Shown here piece after piece: positions 10,432 through 22,703 of a DNA stretch of 64,000 nt. Source of the stretch: Nitrospirota bacterium (lineage in GTDB: Bacteria > Nitrospirota > Nitrospiria > Nitrospirales > Nitrospiraceae); contig CAVPGK010000010.1 in assembly GCA_963703955.1 (NCBI GenBank), positions 96,001-160,000 on the forward strand, in the 5' to 3' direction. The notes under the pieces were generated by a model. The model ran no database searches. It was not told where the DNA came from and saw only the letters and a program-made list of their open reading frames with translations. The position numbers were made by a program, and so were the translations under genes. Positions within the stretch are counted from its first letter, which is position 1, and each line of letters begins with the position of its first letter.

Positions 10432-12502
10432 ATGACAGACAAACAATCTGATCAGCTCTGCATCAACACGATCCGCACGCTGTCGATGGACGCCATCCAG
10501 CAGGCCAACTCCGGCCATCCCGGGACGCCCATGGCCTTGGCCCCCGTGGCGTACTGCCTGTGGCAGCGATTCCTCCGCTTCGATCCGCAAGACCCGATCT
10601 GGCCCAACCGCGACCGCTTCGTTCTGTCGATCGGCCATGCCTCGATGCTGCTGTACTCGCTCCTTGCATCTGACCGGCGTGAAGGCCGTCAGCAAGGATT
10701 ACGAAACCCTCGGCGACCCCTCGGTGCCGCTGGATGCCATCAAGCAGTTCCGCCAATTGGGCAGCCGCTGTCCAGGCCATCCCGAGTACCGCTGGACATC
10801 CGGCGTCGAAACCACGACGGGTCCGCTCGGGCAGGGCGTCGCCAACAGCGTGGGCATGGCCATCGCCGGCCGCTGGATGGCCGCGCATTTCAATCGGCCC
10901 GGCTTCGACGACGTGATCGATTTCAACGTCTACGCGCTGTGCGGCGATGGCTGCATGATGGAAGGCATCTCGCACGAGGCGGCGTCGCTGGCCGGTCACT
11001 TGGGTCTCTCGAATCTGTGCTGGATCTACGACAACAACCATATCACGATCGAGGGCAACACCGCGCTTGGCCTTCTCGCGAAGATGTCGCCACGCGCTTC
11101 ATCGCGTACGGCTGGAATGTGACGCGCGTCGGCGACGCCAACGATCTGGAGATGCTGCGAGCGCGCGTTCCGCACCTTCCAGAAGACGACGGATCGGCCC
11201 ACGCTGATCATCGTGGACAGCCATATCGCCTACGGGGCGCCCAACAAGCAGGACACCTCGGCCGCGCACGGCGAACCGCTCGGCGAAGAGGAGGTCCGGC
11301 TGACCAAGAGAAATTACGGCTGGCCGGAGGACGCCAAGTTCGCCGTGCCCGACGGCGTCTATGAGCACTTCCGGAAAGGGATCGGTGCTCGCGGGAAGAC
11401 ACTCCGCGATGCCTGGTTCACGCGCATCAAGGAGTACAAGGCCAAGTATCCGGAGCTGGCCGATCAGTTGTATCGGATGCAGCACCGGCAGTTGCCCGAC
11501 GGATGGGACAAGGATCTGCCCGACGTTCCCGCCCGAGCCCAAGGGCCTGGCCACGCGCGTCTCTTCCGGGCAGGTGTTGAACGCGGTGGCGAAGCGGGTG
11601 CCCTGGTTGATGGGAGGATCGGCGGACCTGGCCCCTTCGACCAAGACGCGCTTGACGTTCGAAGGAGCGGGCGACGTGTCTGCCGACAATCCCGGCGGCC
11701 GCAATCTGCACTTCGGCATCCGCGAGCATGCCATGGGAGCGATCTTGAACGGCATGGCCCTGGTGAAGGTGCGGGCGTACGGCTCCGGGTTCCTGATCTT
11801 CAGCGACTATGCCCGGGGTGCGATCCGGCTCAGCGCGCATCATGGAATTGCCGGTCATCCACATTTTCACGCACGACTCGATCGGCGTGGGCGAAGACGG
11901 TCCGACCCATCAGCCGGTCGAACAGCTCGCCTCGTTGCGCGCGATGCCTGGATTGATCGTGATCCGTCCCGCAGATGCCAATGAAGTGGTCGAGGCGTGG
12001 CGCGTGATCATGGACTTGCACCATCGAGCCCGTTGTGCTCATCCTGACCCGGCAAGACGTGCCGACACTGGATCGTACGATCTATGCATCCGCTGCAGGC
12101 TTGGCGAAGGGGGGCTACGTGCTGGCCGATGCCGTCGGCGGCAAACCCGATGTGATCCTGATCGGGACCGGCAGTGAGGTGTCCGTCTGTCTCGCCGCAT
12201 ACCAGCAGCTTAAGTCGGAGGGCATTCAGGCTCGCGTTGTGAGCATGCCATCCTGGGAGCTGTTCGAGCAGCAGGGCCAGACCTATCGGACCGAGGTCCT
12301 GCCGCCGTCCGTCGCCGCGCGCGTGGCAGTTGAACAGGCTTCGACATTCGGGTGGGCGCACTACGTCGGCACGGCGGGAACGATCATCGGCATGACGACG
12401 TTCGGGGCCTCGGCTCCGCTCAAGGAGCTGCAGAAGGAATTCGGATTCACGACGGAGCACGTCGTCGAGGCAGCCAGGCAGCAGGTGAAGCAAGCGAGGT
12501 AG
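10432..12502 (+). CDS. tkt: Transketolase (several frameshifts)
   Basis: [66 protein letters not shown] and FGASAP across consecutive frames. Confidence 0.92.
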
Positions 12503-12505
12503 CCA

Positions 12506-15500
12506 GTGCGCGTCGCGATCGGGTCCGATCACGCCGGATTTGAATTGAAGGAGGCCTTGAGAGACTATCTCAACGACCTCAAGCACGACGTGTTGGACCT
12601 GGGCACTTACGGCACGACTCCGGTGGACTACCCGGATTATGCCGAGGCGGTCGGCGTCACCGTGCGTCAAGGGAAGGCGGATCGCGGGATTATGATCTGC
12701 GGCAGCGGCGTCGGCGCGTCGGTGGCCGCCAACAAAGTGCCCGACATTCGTGCAGGTCTGTGTCACGATACCTATTCGGCTCACCAGGGTGTGGAACATG
12801 ACGACATGAATGTGCTGGTGTTGGGCGGGCGCGTCATTGGGGTGGAGATGGCTCGTGAGCTGGTCCGGGCCTTCCTCGGAGCCCGCTTCACCGGTGATGA
12901 ACGGCATCTCAGACGACTCACAAAGGTGATTACCATGGAGAACCCGTTAAGAGCGTTACAACACTATGGGCAGTCGGTGTGGTTGGACTATATTCGTCGG
13001 AACGTGATCACCAGCGGTGAGCTGCAACGCATGATCGACGACGATGGCTTGCGCGGGGTGACGTCGAACCCGGCCATCTTCGAGAAGGCCATTGCCGGGA
13101 GCACGGATTATAAGGATATTCTGACGTCTCCGGACTCACGGAAGCTCGACGCCAAGACCTTGTACGAGCGGATTGCCGTTCGTGACATTCAGGAGGCCGC
13201 CGACCTGTTGCGGCCGGTCTATGACCGGTCGAAGAAGCGCGATGGGTATGTGAGCTTGGAAGTCTCGCCGACGCTTGCGCACGAGACGAAAGGGACCCTC
13301 GAGGAGGCCCGGCGATTGTGGAAAGCGGTGGCGCGACCGAACGTCATGATTAAAGTTCCCGCGACCGGGGAAGGCATTCCCGCCATCCAGCAATTGATCA
13401 GCGAAGGCATCAACGTCAACGTCACGTTGCTCTTCTCGCAGGACACGTACGAACGCGTGGCCGAGGCCTATCTGGCGGGTCTGGAGAAGTTCGCCGCGAG
13501 CAACGGTGATCTCAGCCGCGTCGCCAGCGTGGCCAGCTTCTTTATCAGCCGGATCGACTCGGCGATCGATGGCCTCATCACCGCTCGGGTGAAGACCGTG
13601 ACGGATGCCAGGGAGCAGGCGCTCCTTCGCAGCCTGCTCGGTAAAGTGGCGATCGCCAACGCGAAGCTGACCTACCAGCGGTATCGCGAGCTCTTCGGCG
13701 GCCAACGGTGGCAGGCGCTCGCAGGCCGAGGTGCGCAGACCCAGCGGCTGTTGTGGGCCAGCACGGGCACCAAGGATCCCAATTATCGAGACGTGCTGTA
13801 TGTCGAGGAACTTATCGGCCCTGACACCGTGAACACGATTCCGCCCGCGACGTTCGACGCCTTTCGCGATCACGGACGGCCTCGCGCTAGCCTCACCGAG
13901 GAGGTGGACGAAGCGTTCGACACCATGGCCTCGCTGGCCAAGGTCGGCATTTCGATGAAGGAGGTCACGGACAAGCTGCTCGCCCAGGGGGTGCAATTGT
14001 TCGCCGATGCCTTTGACAAGCTGCTCAAAGCGGTCGGGCACCAGGGCAAGGATGTCGGCGCCGGCAAGATCAATCGCCAGACCTACAAGTTACCCGAGCC
14101 ACTGGCCGCCGCCGTGAAGCCTCGTTGGATGACTGGAAAGCCCACGCCAAGGTACGGAAGCTCTGGGCGCGCGATGCCTCGCTATGGACCGGGGCGGATG
14201 AAGGACAATGGCTCGGCTGGCTGGGCATCACGAACGGTCAACTGGCCCACATTGACCGCTTGAAGACCATCTCAAACGACGCGAAGAGTGCCGGATTCTC
14301 CCATGCCCTGCTGCTCGGCATGGGCGGGTCGAGCCTGGGCCCGGAAGTCATCAAAATGACATTCGGGAAGATCGCCGGCTATCCTGAGCTGCACGTGCTG
14401 GATTCGACCGATCCGGCTCAGGTCAGGACCTTCGAGAAGCCAGGTGGATCTGGCGAAGACATTGTTTATCGTCTCGAGCAAATCCGGTAGCACTCTGGAG
14501 CCGAACATCTTCAAGCAGTATTTCTTCGAGCGGGTGAAGCACGTCGTCGGCGAGAAGGAAGCGGGCAACCGGTTCATCGCGATCACGGATCCCGGGTCGA
14601 AGATGCAGCAGGTGGCCGAGAGCGACGGCTTCCGCCACATCTTTTTCGGATTGCCGAGCATCGGAGGCCGGTACTCGGTCCTCTCCGATTTCGGCCTGGT
14701 GCCCGCAGCGATCATGGGTGTGGACGTGCCGAAGTTGCTCGATCGGAGCGAGGAAATGGTGTACGCTTGCATGCCCGTCCGTCCCCGTTGAAGAAAATCC
14801 CGGCGTCGTGCTGGGTCTCATCCTCGGAGCGGCGCACAATCAGGGCCGCAACAAGCTGACCTTGATCACGTCGCCCGGAATCGGCGACTTGGGCGCCTGG
14901 CTCGAGCAATTGATCGCTGAATCAACCGGCAAGGCGGGAAAGGGAATCGTTCCCGTGGACCGGGAATCGCTCGCCGCTCCGGCCGTGTACGGCCATGACC
15001 GCCTGTTCGTGTACGTCCGGCTTGAGGCGGCGCCCGATCGGGCACAGGATGCAGCCGTGGAGGCGCTGGAACGGGCAGGCTATCCGGTCGTGCGCATCGG
15101 AGTGGACGAAACGTATGACCTCGGCGAAGAGTTCTTCCGCTGGGAAATCGCGACCGCTGTGGCGGGGGCGGTCATCGGCATTCATCCGTTCGACCAACCC
15201 GACGTGGAGGCCAGCAAGGTGGCCACACGCAAGCTGACCTCGGAATACGAGCAGACCGGTAAGCTCCCCCCGGAAACACCGTTCTTCGAGGAAGGCGGTC
15301 TCAGACTCTTCACAGACGACAAGAATGCGGCCGCGCTGGCAGCGGCGGTGGGAAAGAGCCCGTCGATCTCGGCCTATCTCAAGGCCCACCTCAACCGGAT
15401 CAAGGCCGGCGATTACTTCGCCCTGTTGGCCTACATCGAAATGAATGAGACTCACGAACGCGCCTTGCAAACGATGCGACATGCCGTTCGGGATCAACAA

Positions 15501-15792
15501 ACGGGTTGCGACCTGTCTCGGCTTCGGTCCGCGCTTCCTGCACTCGACCGGTCAGGCGTACAAGGGCGGGCCGAACACGGGCGTCTTCTTACAAATCACG
15601 TGCGACGACGCCCTGGACCTGCCGGTTCCCGGCCAGAAATATACGTTCGGTGTCGTGAAAGCCGCGCAGGCGCGTGGCGACTTCCAGGTGTTGGCAGAGC
15701 GCGATCGCAGAGCACTTCGGATCCATCTTGGCCGGGATGTGGCCGCGGGCTTGGCGAGGTTGGATGAGGCCATCAAACCAGCGCTGACCTAG
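12506..15792 (+). CDS. Triple fusion: ribose-5-phosphate isomerase B - transaldolase - glucose-6-phosphate isomerase (frameshifts near 14120, 14440, 14780 and 15495)
   Basis: RpiB motifs GSDHAG and [12 protein letters not shown] run in frame into transaldolase ([27 protein letters not shown]). PGI motifs [27 protein letters not shown] and PFDQPDVE follow. Confidence 0.85.
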
Positions 15793-15823
15793 AGCGCTTC
15801 GTAGTAAGAAAGGAACAGAGTCT

Positions 15824-16843
15824 ATGCAACTCGGGATGATCGGTCTCGGCAGGATGGGGGCAAACATGGTGCGCCGTCTCATGCGTGGCGACCATCAGTG
15901 TGTCGTCTTTGACCAAAATCGTGATGTTGTGCAGGGGCTGGTCAAGGAAGGGGCGGTCGGGACCGCCTCCCTCGACGAGTTCGTCGCCAAACTGACCCCG
16001 CCGCGAGCGGCATGGCTGATGGTGCCGGCGGCGGTTGTGGATAGGACGGTCCACGACCTGTCTTCGCGGATGCAGAAGGAAGACACGATCATTGACGGCG
16101 GGAACTCCTACTACGTTGACGATATTCGTCGTTCTCGAGAACTCCAACCAAAAGGCATTCACTATGTCGATGTCGGCACGAGCGGCGGCGTGTGGGGTTT
16201 GGAGCGAGGGTACTGCCTCATGATCGGCGGAGAGAACGAGACGGTGCGCCGGCTTGATCCCATATTCAAGACGCTCGCGCCGGGAGAGGGTTCGATCCCG
16301 CGCACACCCGGCCGTGAGAAGGCAGGAGGAACGGCGGAATCCGGCTACCTGCACTGCGGACCAAACGGCGGGGGTCATTTTGTGAAGATGGTCCACAATG
16401 GGATCGAATATGGCCTGATGGCCGCCTATGCGGAAGGATTAAACATTTTGAAGCATGCCAACGTCGGAAAGCGGGGCCGGACTATCGATGCAGAGACCAC
16501 CCCGCTGCGGGATCCTGAGCACTATCAGTATGACTTCAACCTGGCGGATGTCGCCGAAGTCTGGCGGCGCGGGAGCGTTATTGCATCATGGCTGCTTGAT
16601 CTCACCGCGAGTGCCTTGCTCAAGCAGCCGGACCTGGCGATGTTCTCGGGGAGTGTGTCCGATTCCGGTGAAGGGCGTTGGACCATCACGGCCGCCATCG
16701 ACGAAGGGGCTCCGGTTCCCGTCTTGAGTGCTGCGCTGTATCAGCGTTTCACCTCGCGCGGCGAAGACGATTTCGCCACGAAAATCCTGTCGGCCATGCG
16801 TTTCGAGTTCGGCGGTCACGTCGAAAGGCCGACGGGAGGGTAG
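15824..16843 (+). CDS. gnd: 6-phosphogluconate dehydrogenase, decarboxylating (short NAD-type)
   Basis: [37 protein letters not shown] and MRFEFGGH. Confidence 0.92.
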   Translation: MQLGMIGLGRMGANMVRRLMRGDHQCVVFDQNRDVVQGLVKEGAVGTASLDEFVAKLTPPRAAWLMVPAAVVDRTVHDLSSRMQKEDTIIDGGNSYYVDDIRRSRELQPKGIHYVDVGTSGGVWGLERGYCLMIGGENETVRRLDPIFKTLAPGEGSIPRTPGREKAGGTAESGYLHCGPNGGGHFVKMVHNGIEYGLMAAYAEGLNILKHANVGKRGRTIDAETTPLRDPEHYQYDFNLADVAEVWRRGSVIASWLLDLTASALLKQPDLAMFSGSVSDSGEGRWTITAAIDEGAPVPVLSAALYQRFTSRGEDDFATKILSAMRFEFGGHVERPTGG

Positions 16844-16863
16844 AAGGGGCGGAGGTCTAAGCC

Positions 16864-18255
16864 GTGGTGACCAATCATCAATCGGGTAACGATCCTTCCG
16901 ATGCCCTCGTGTTCTTTGGCGCGACGGGCGACCTTGCCTACAAGAAAATCTTCCCTGCGCTCCAGAACATGGTCCGGCGCGACGCCCTGTCGATTCCCGT
17001 CGTGGGCGTCGCCAAATCCGGTTGGACGCTGGAGCAATTGCGAGCCCGCGCTCGCGACAGCCTCACCCAACACGGTGGTGTCGACGAGACGGCGTTCGCC
17101 CAACTCGTGCAACGGCTCCAGTATATTGACGGCGATTATCAAGACCCGGCAACGTACCAACAGTTGCGGAAAGCGCTCGGCGACGCGACAAGACCGGCGC
17201 ACTACTTGGCCGTTCCGCCGAGTCTGTTTGGTGAGGTGATCGAGGGACTAAGCCGATCCGCTTGCGCAGAGAACGCGCGGATTATCATCGAAAAGCCGTT
17301 CGGGCGAGACCTGTCCTCAGCCCAGGCCTTGAACGTGACGGTGCGCTCGGTGTTCCCGGAAACCAGGATCTTCCGCATCGACCATTACCTTGGAAAAGAA
17401 GCGGTCGAGAATCTGGTCTTCTTCCGCTTCGCGAACACCTTCCTCGAACCGATCTGGAATCGCAACTATATCCACAGCGTGCAAATCACCATGGCCGAGA
17501 AATTCAGCGTCTCCGGCCGAGGCCGGTTTTATGATGAGACCGGCGCGATCCGCGATGTCGTGCAGAACCATATGCTCCAGGTGATTAGCTTGTTGGCGAT
17601 GGAACCGCCGACGCTGACGTACCACGAATCGGTTCGGGATGAGCAGGTAAAGATCCTTCGCATGATTCCGCCCCTGCAGCCCGATGATGTGGTCCGCGGG
17701 CAGTTTCGCGGTTATCGCAAAGAGCCCGGAGTCTCCCCAAACTCCTACGTGGAGACGTTTGCCGCGGTGCGCCTGCGCATCGATTCATGGCGTTGGGCCG
17801 GTGTGCCCTTCTTGGTTCGGGCAGGGAAATGCCTGCCGACCACCACGACCGAAGTGTTGGTGAAGCTCAAACAGGCTCCGATCAGCCGACTCGGTCCGGC
17901 GCAGGGTAACTATTTGCGTTTCCGCCTGGGACCGGAATTGTCGATCAGTCTGGGCGCCAGGGTGAAACGCCCCGGTCCGCAGATGATCTCCATGCACACA
18001 GAGCTGATGGCAATGAGGCAAGATCAGAGCGATGAAATTGACGCCTACGAGCGCCTGCTCACTGAGGCCATGCGTGGGGAAAATTTGCTTTTCGTCCGGG
18101 CGGATGGTGTGGAGGCATCCTGGGCCATTGTCCAGTCCATTCTAGGGAATGCGACCCCGGTCTATGACTATGAACCGGGAACGTGGGGACCGACCGAGGC
18201 CAATGGGCTGGCGACGGAGATTGGCGGCTGGCACAATCCTGAAGCGACATCATGA
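16864..18255 (+). CDS. zwf: Glucose-6-phosphate 1-dehydrogenase
   Basis: [23 protein letters not shown] and RDVVQNH. Confidence 0.95.
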   Translation: MVTNHQSGNDPSDALVFFGATGDLAYKKIFPALQNMVRRDALSIPVVGVAKSGWTLEQLRARARDSLTQHGGVDETAFAQLVQRLQYIDGDYQDPATYQQLRKALGDATRPAHYLAVPPSLFGEVIEGLSRSACAENARIIIEKPFGRDLSSAQALNVTVRSVFPETRIFRIDHYLGKEAVENLVFFRFANTFLEPIWNRNYIHSVQITMAEKFSVSGRGRFYDETGAIRDVVQNHMLQVISLLAMEPPTLTYHESVRDEQVKILRMIPPLQPDDVVRGQFRGYRKEPGVSPNSYVETFAAVRLRIDSWRWAGVPFLVRAGKCLPTTTTEVLVKLKQAPISRLGPAQGNYLRFRLGPELSISLGARVKRPGPQMISMHTELMAMRQDQSDEIDAYERLLTEAMRGENLLFVRADGVEASWAIVQSILGNATPVYDYEPGTWGPTEANGLATEIGGWHNPEATS

Positions 18256-18956
18256 AAATCCTTGTCATCGACGTAGGGGGGACCAACGTGAAGGTGCTTG
18301 TTTCCGGTGAACGCACCTCGCGGAGGGTCCCCTCCGGGCCATCCATGACTCCGCCCACAATGGTTCAAGCCGTCAAGCGCCTCACGAATGACTGGAAGTA
18401 TGAAGCTGTGTCCATCGGCTACCCGGGACCGGTGCTGCACGGGCATCCGGTTGCCGAGCCAAGGAACCTCGGCGGCGGCTGGGTGGGGTTTGATTTTCGC
18501 AGGGCATTCAGGCGTCCAGTGAGGATGATCAATGATGCGGCCATGCAGGCGTTGGGAAGCTACGAGGGTGGGCGCATGCTGTTTCTGGGAGTCGGCACCG
18601 GCCTTGGCTCCGCCTTGATTATCGATGGGCACCTGGAACCTCTGGAACTGGCGCACCTGCCATACAAGAAGGGGCAGACGTACGAAGACTATGTCGGATT
18701 ACGGGGATTGAGGCGTTGCGGAAAGAAAAAGTGGCGTCGCCACGTCGCGAAGGTGGTCGAGTCGCTGAGTAAGGCCCTTCAGGCCGACTATGTGGTGCTG
18801 GGAGGCGGCAATGCGAAGAAACTCAAGACCCTGCCCAAAGGGGCCCAATTGGGTAACAATAGCCATGCCTTCATCGGCGGATTTCGCTTGTGGGGAGAGC
18901 TTCAGCCTGAACGATTCCGAAGCACGTCGACAAGGCGAAAGACGAAATCTTCGTAG
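18252..18956 (+). CDS. ROK-family sugar kinase, polyphosphate glucokinase-like
   Basis: [34 protein letters not shown] and VVLGGGN; short form lacking the Zn-binding Cys motif. Confidence 0.75.
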   Translation: MKILVIDVGGTNVKVLVSGERTSRRVPSGPSMTPPTMVQAVKRLTNDWKYEAVSIGYPGPVLHGHPVAEPRNLGGGWVGFDFRRAFRRPVRMINDAAMQALGSYEGGRMLFLGVGTGLGSALIIDGHLEPLELAHLPYKKGQTYEDYVGLRGLRRCGKKKWRRHVAKVVESLSKALQADYVVLGGGNAKKLKTLPKGAQLGNNSHAFIGGFRLWGELQPERFRSTSTRRKTKSS

Positions 18957-18984
18957 ATGACAAAGTTTTCGGTGGAGGATCGGC

Positions 18985-19668
18985 ATGGGGCCACCCTCTG
19001 TGACGTTCCTGTTCGATGTGGACAATACCTTGCTCGATAACGATCGAGTCGCGGCCGATCTCAAGCGGCATTTAGAACGCGAGGTCGGTCACGAGCGACA
19101 AGAACGCTATTGGGCGATCTTCGAAGAGTTGCGGACCGAACTCGGCTACGTCGATTACCTGGGGACGCTCCAGCGCTATCGGGTCGAGTGTCCGCGCGAC
19201 TCGCATCTGCTGACAGTCTCCCGATTCCTGGTGAACTATCCGTTCGCCAATCGCCTGTTCCCCAACTCGCTCGATGTGATCGAATACTGCAAACAGTGGG
19301 GTCCGGCGGTCGTTCTGTCGGACGGCGACGTTGTCTTTCAGCCGCGCAAGATTGAGCGCTCAGGATTGTTCGATGCCGTCGACGGTAACGTGCTCATTTA
19401 CATTCACAAGGAGCATGAACTGGACGACGTGGAGCGACGGTATCCCGCCCGACACTATGTCCTGGTAGATGACAAGCTGCGCATCCTGGCCGCGGTGAAG
19501 AAAGTGTGGGGCTCTCGGGTGACGACCGTCTTTCCCCGCCAGGGGCACTATGCTCGAGATCCGCAGGCGCTGGCAATGTACCCCGCGGCGGACGTGACCA
19601 TCGAGCGCATCGGTGATCTAATGGGCGTTGACCTGCCGAGATTGCTGCCCACGGCAGGAATGCCGTGA
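18985..19668 (+). CDS. HAD-superfamily hydrolase
   Basis: LFDVDNTLLDND (motif I) and LVDDK (motif IV). Confidence 0.85.
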   Translation: MGPPSVTFLFDVDNTLLDNDRVAADLKRHLEREVGHERQERYWAIFEELRTELGYVDYLGTLQRYRVECPRDSHLLTVSRFLVNYPFANRLFPNSLDVIEYCKQWGPAVVLSDGDVVFQPRKIERSGLFDAVDGNVLIYIHKEHELDDVERRYPARHYVLVDDKLRILAAVKKVWGSRVTTVFPRQGHYARDPQALAMYPAADVTIERIGDLMGVDLPRLLPTAGMP

Positions 19669-19759
19669 CATTTCATCTCGCCGCCGTTGTACCTTCGATC
19701 GCTTGCTAGCGATCTCAATTTGGACCACTGTTGGAATTTCCTCGAAGGCAAGAAGAAGC

Positions 19760-20176
19760 AGGAACGTGGCTTTAAGGTCTTCAAGCTGGCTGAGTCGAAC
19801 TTCACACCCTGGGATACCGAAGCGGCCACGGAGGCCGAGTCGCTGGCCAAGCAGCTCGAACTGCACATCCGCCACGCGCGCGATGGCCGTACCGAGCAGG
19901 ATCCTCTTTGAGCTTCTGCTCAAAAGCGGGTTTCCGCTCACCATGCCGGTGGAGACGCTTCAGCTTGCCGGCAAGACCGTGCACGGTGTGGCAAACGGAG
20001 CACTGTTCATCTGCCTGGAGCGTGAACTGACCCTCGAACTGATCCGCGCCATGGCCGACAAGAAGCCCGAGCGCGTGGTCTGCCTCGACGAAGGCTTTGC
20101 CGGAAACGACCAGCTCAAGGCGAACGCCGTGCAGATCTTCAAGACCAAGGGCGTCACCAGCTTCAAGACGGTGTGA
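19760..20176 (+). pseudogene. mod: Type III R-M Mod (methyltransferase) subunit, C-terminal remnant
   Basis: RGFKVFKLAESNF...FELLLKSGFPLT...RVVCLDEGFAGNDQLKANAVQIFK is the typical Mod C-terminus. No upstream catalytic domain is present; frameshift near 19905. Confidence 0.8.
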
Positions 20177-20181
20177 GGCCG

Positions 20182-20442
20182 ATGCCCACGATCAGCACAT
20201 TCTTCGGGATCGTGATTCAGATGTTCTGGCGGGAGCACGGGCCGCCGCATTTCCACGCGATCTACGGCGAGCATGAGGTCGTGATCGACATTCGGGAACT
20301 GCGCGTGACGCGTGGGTCCCTTCCACGTCGGGCACTGGCTCTCGTGCTAGAATGGGGCGCAGAGTACCGCGAAGAGTTACTGGAGGACTGGGATCTATGC
20401 AGCCAATTAAAACCACCCAAGCCAATCCCGCCCCTGGAGTAG
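20182..20442 (+). CDS. DUF4160 family protein (putative toxin of a TA pair)
   Basis: MPTISTFFGIVIQMFWREHGPPHFHAIYGE...GSLPRRALALVLEW...LLEDW. Confidence 0.85.
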   Translation: MPTISTFFGIVIQMFWREHGPPHFHAIYGEHEVVIDIRELRVTRGSLPRRALALVLEWGAEYREELLEDWDLCSQLKPPKPIPPLE

Positions 20443-20735
20443 TGCCGGCGCCTCAGCCATCCGTGGCCTGGCGGGTCATGGCCGTCGAGCCGCATCCTGA
20501 CATGCGGCTTCGCGTGCGGTTCATCGACGGAACGTCCGGAGACGTGATGCTCCGCACCTTCCTTACCAGCCCACGGGTTGACGGCACGATCTTCGAGCCG
20601 TTACGAGACCCTGAGGTCTTCCGACAGGTCCGGGTCGAGATGGGCGCTATTGCCTGGCCGAACGGTGCGGACCTTGCTCCGGATGCCATGTACGACGCCA
20701 TTCGGACCCACGGACATTGGGTGGTCGAGGAGTGA
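20397..20735 (+). CDS. DUF2442 family protein (putative antitoxin)
   Basis: LRVRFIDG...IFEPLRDPEVFRQV...IAWPNGADLAPDAMY; overlaps the DUF4160 gene; start uncertain. Confidence 0.85.
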   Translation: MQPIKTTQANPAPGVVPAPQPSVAWRVMAVEPHPDMRLRVRFIDGTSGDVMLRTFLTSPRVDGTIFEPLRDPEVFRQVRVEMGAIAWPNGADLAPDAMYDAIRTHGHWVVEE

Positions 20736-21609
20736 AACTCCAGTTCGATCCCAACCAGTCCTTCCAGCTCGACGCGGTGGCTGCTGTCACAGACCTCTCT
20801 GGGATCGGATCAAGCCGAAGACCACCTACCGCGTGGAGTTCGAGACCGACACGCTCGTGGTGCGCGCGGTGGACGCCATCAAGCGCATGGAGAAGATCGA
20901 AGCGCCGAAGATCCACGTCGCCGCAGGGCAAGTCCAGGTGGCAAAGGGTGGGGTGATCACGACTGCCATGAGCGTCGCTGAGGAGCAGCCTGTCTACCTC
21001 GTGCGCGCGCTACCGGATATCCTCGCCTACCTCCAGAACGAGACTGAGCTGACCCGCTCGACGCTTGTCCGCATCCTCAAGGAGTCCGGGCGCCTTGCGG
21101 ACGTGTTCCTGAACCCGCAGCGCTTCCTCGACCAGGTGGCGGCGATCCTCAAGCATGAACTGCATCGCTTGCTCGTGGACGGCATCAAGTACGAGCGGCT
21201 GCCCGGCACCGGTGCGGACACCGAGTGGGAGATGCTGCTCTTCAAGAACGAAGAACTCGTCAACTACCTGGACGCATTGCAGGTGAATAAATCGGTTTAC
21301 GAATATGTAGTCTACGAGTCGGAGGTAGAACGCGCGTTCGCAAAGAAGCTTGATGAGCGCGAGGACATCAAGCTCTTCGTGAAGCTTCCCGCTTGGTTCA
21401 AAGTGGATACCCCGGTGGGCGAGTGTAACGCCGACTGGGCCATCGTCAAGCACGACGGCCAAACGCTCTATCTCGTGCGCGAGACGAAGGGGACACGGGA
21501 CTTCCTCAAGCTGCGGACCACCGAGGCAGACAAGGTGCGCTGTGGCCAACGGCACTTCGAAACGCTCGGCGTGCCCTTCGCCGTCGCTGTGTCTGCCGAC
21601 GAAGTCTAA
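20732..21609 (+). pseudogene. res: Type III R-M Res subunit with a large internal deletion
   Basis: N-terminus MKLQFDPNQSFQLDAVAAVTDL is joined out of frame near 20798 to the C-terminal part LWDRIKPKTTYRV...KLPAWFKVDTPVGECNADWA...VRETKG. The helicase core is missing. Confidence 0.8.
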
Positions 21610-21651
21610 TCCCGCGGCATGCTGAGCAGGTGTCTGAAACCACGACCATGG

Positions 21652-21694
21652 CAGTTCGCCGCCTGGCGGCCACGAGCGGCCAGGCGGCGAACTG
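21652..21694. repeat. Strong inverted repeat (hairpin) after res
   Basis: CAGTTCGCCGCCTGG (21652-21666) pairs perfectly with CCAGGCGGCGAACTG (21680-21694). Confidence 0.7.
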
Positions 21695-21738
21695 ACAATT
21701 GGTGGTACGGCAGAATCGGAAATACCGGAGCAAGGCTT

Positions 21739-22533
21739 ATGGCCACAGAGTACGTGATTGATTACCTGCCTCTCTGGGGGGTGTTTATTGCGACGGTAGG
21801 GGTGGTCCTCATCTCGGTCGCCGTCGGTTACGGAGTGGGTAGGTATGAAGAGCGACATTCTGGCAATGAGCATGAGCCGGCTATTGGTGCAATCGTTGGG
21901 GCAACCCTTGGTCTGCTTGCATTTCTTCTCGCGTTCACGTTCGGAGTGGCGGCGTCCCGGTTTGACGTCAGAAAGCAATTGGTCCTGGACGATGCCAACG
22001 CGATCGGCACCTCCTATTTGCGGGCGAAGCTGCTTTCTGAACCCTATGCCACGGAAATACGAAAACTGTTGCGGGAATATGTGGATATTCGCGTCGAGGG
22101 CATTCGGCAGGAGAAGCTCCAGAGCGTGATGGCCAGGTCGGAAGAATTGCATCACTTGCTTTGGTCTCAGGCGATCGCCTTCGGAGAGAAGAATCCCACT
22201 TCAATTGTCGGCGGACTCTTCATTCAGTCACTGAACCAGGTGATCGACCTTCATGCGAAGCGAGTGGCGGCAGGACGACAAAACCGGATTCCCGGAACCA
22301 TCTGGGTTGTCCTGTATGTGGTGACCGGCCTAGCGATGGCTTTGATGGGCTACCATGCGGCGCTGGCCGGGGTGCGCAGGACAACCGCCATTGTGCTTCT
22401 TTCGCTTGCGTTCTCGGCGGTCATCTTCCTGATCGCGGACCTGGACCGTCCGTTGGAAGGCCTGCTGAAAGTGAGCCAAGAGGCCATGGCCGATGTCAGG
22501 GAGAGTATCCTGCGCGATCTCTCGCGAAACTGA
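21739..22533 (+). CDS. DUF4239-like membrane protein
   Basis: LGLLAFLLAFTFGVAASRFDVRKQLVLDDANAIGTSYLRA and LIADLDRP; four TM segments. Confidence 0.75.
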   Translation: MATEYVIDYLPLWGVFIATVGVVLISVAVGYGVGRYEERHSGNEHEPAIGAIVGATLGLLAFLLAFTFGVAASRFDVRKQLVLDDANAIGTSYLRAKLLSEPYATEIRKLLREYVDIRVEGIRQEKLQSVMARSEELHHLLWSQAIAFGEKNPTSIVGGLFIQSLNQVIDLHAKRVAAGRQNRIPGTIWVVLYVVTGLAMALMGYHAALAGVRRTTAIVLLSLAFSAVIFLIADLDRPLEGLLKVSQEAMADVRESILRDLSRN

Positions 22534-22703
22534 ATGCGTGCTGTGTGAGGGTGACGGAGTCGTCTACTCCGGGGCGCTTGAACGATCGATGGACTGATAG
22601 TCTTTGGCGGGTATACCGGCCTTTCTGGCCTTAACCTCACCTCTGCCCATCTCAAAGGATTTCGAGAGGCAGCAAACTAACAAGCCGCAGGTCAAGACTT
22701 CAG

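Noticed and set aside
9586..15792. Programmed ribosomal frameshifting in ppk2, tkt and tal-pgi
   Set aside because: There are too many shifts per gene and no slippery-site pattern; sequencing error is the simpler explanation.
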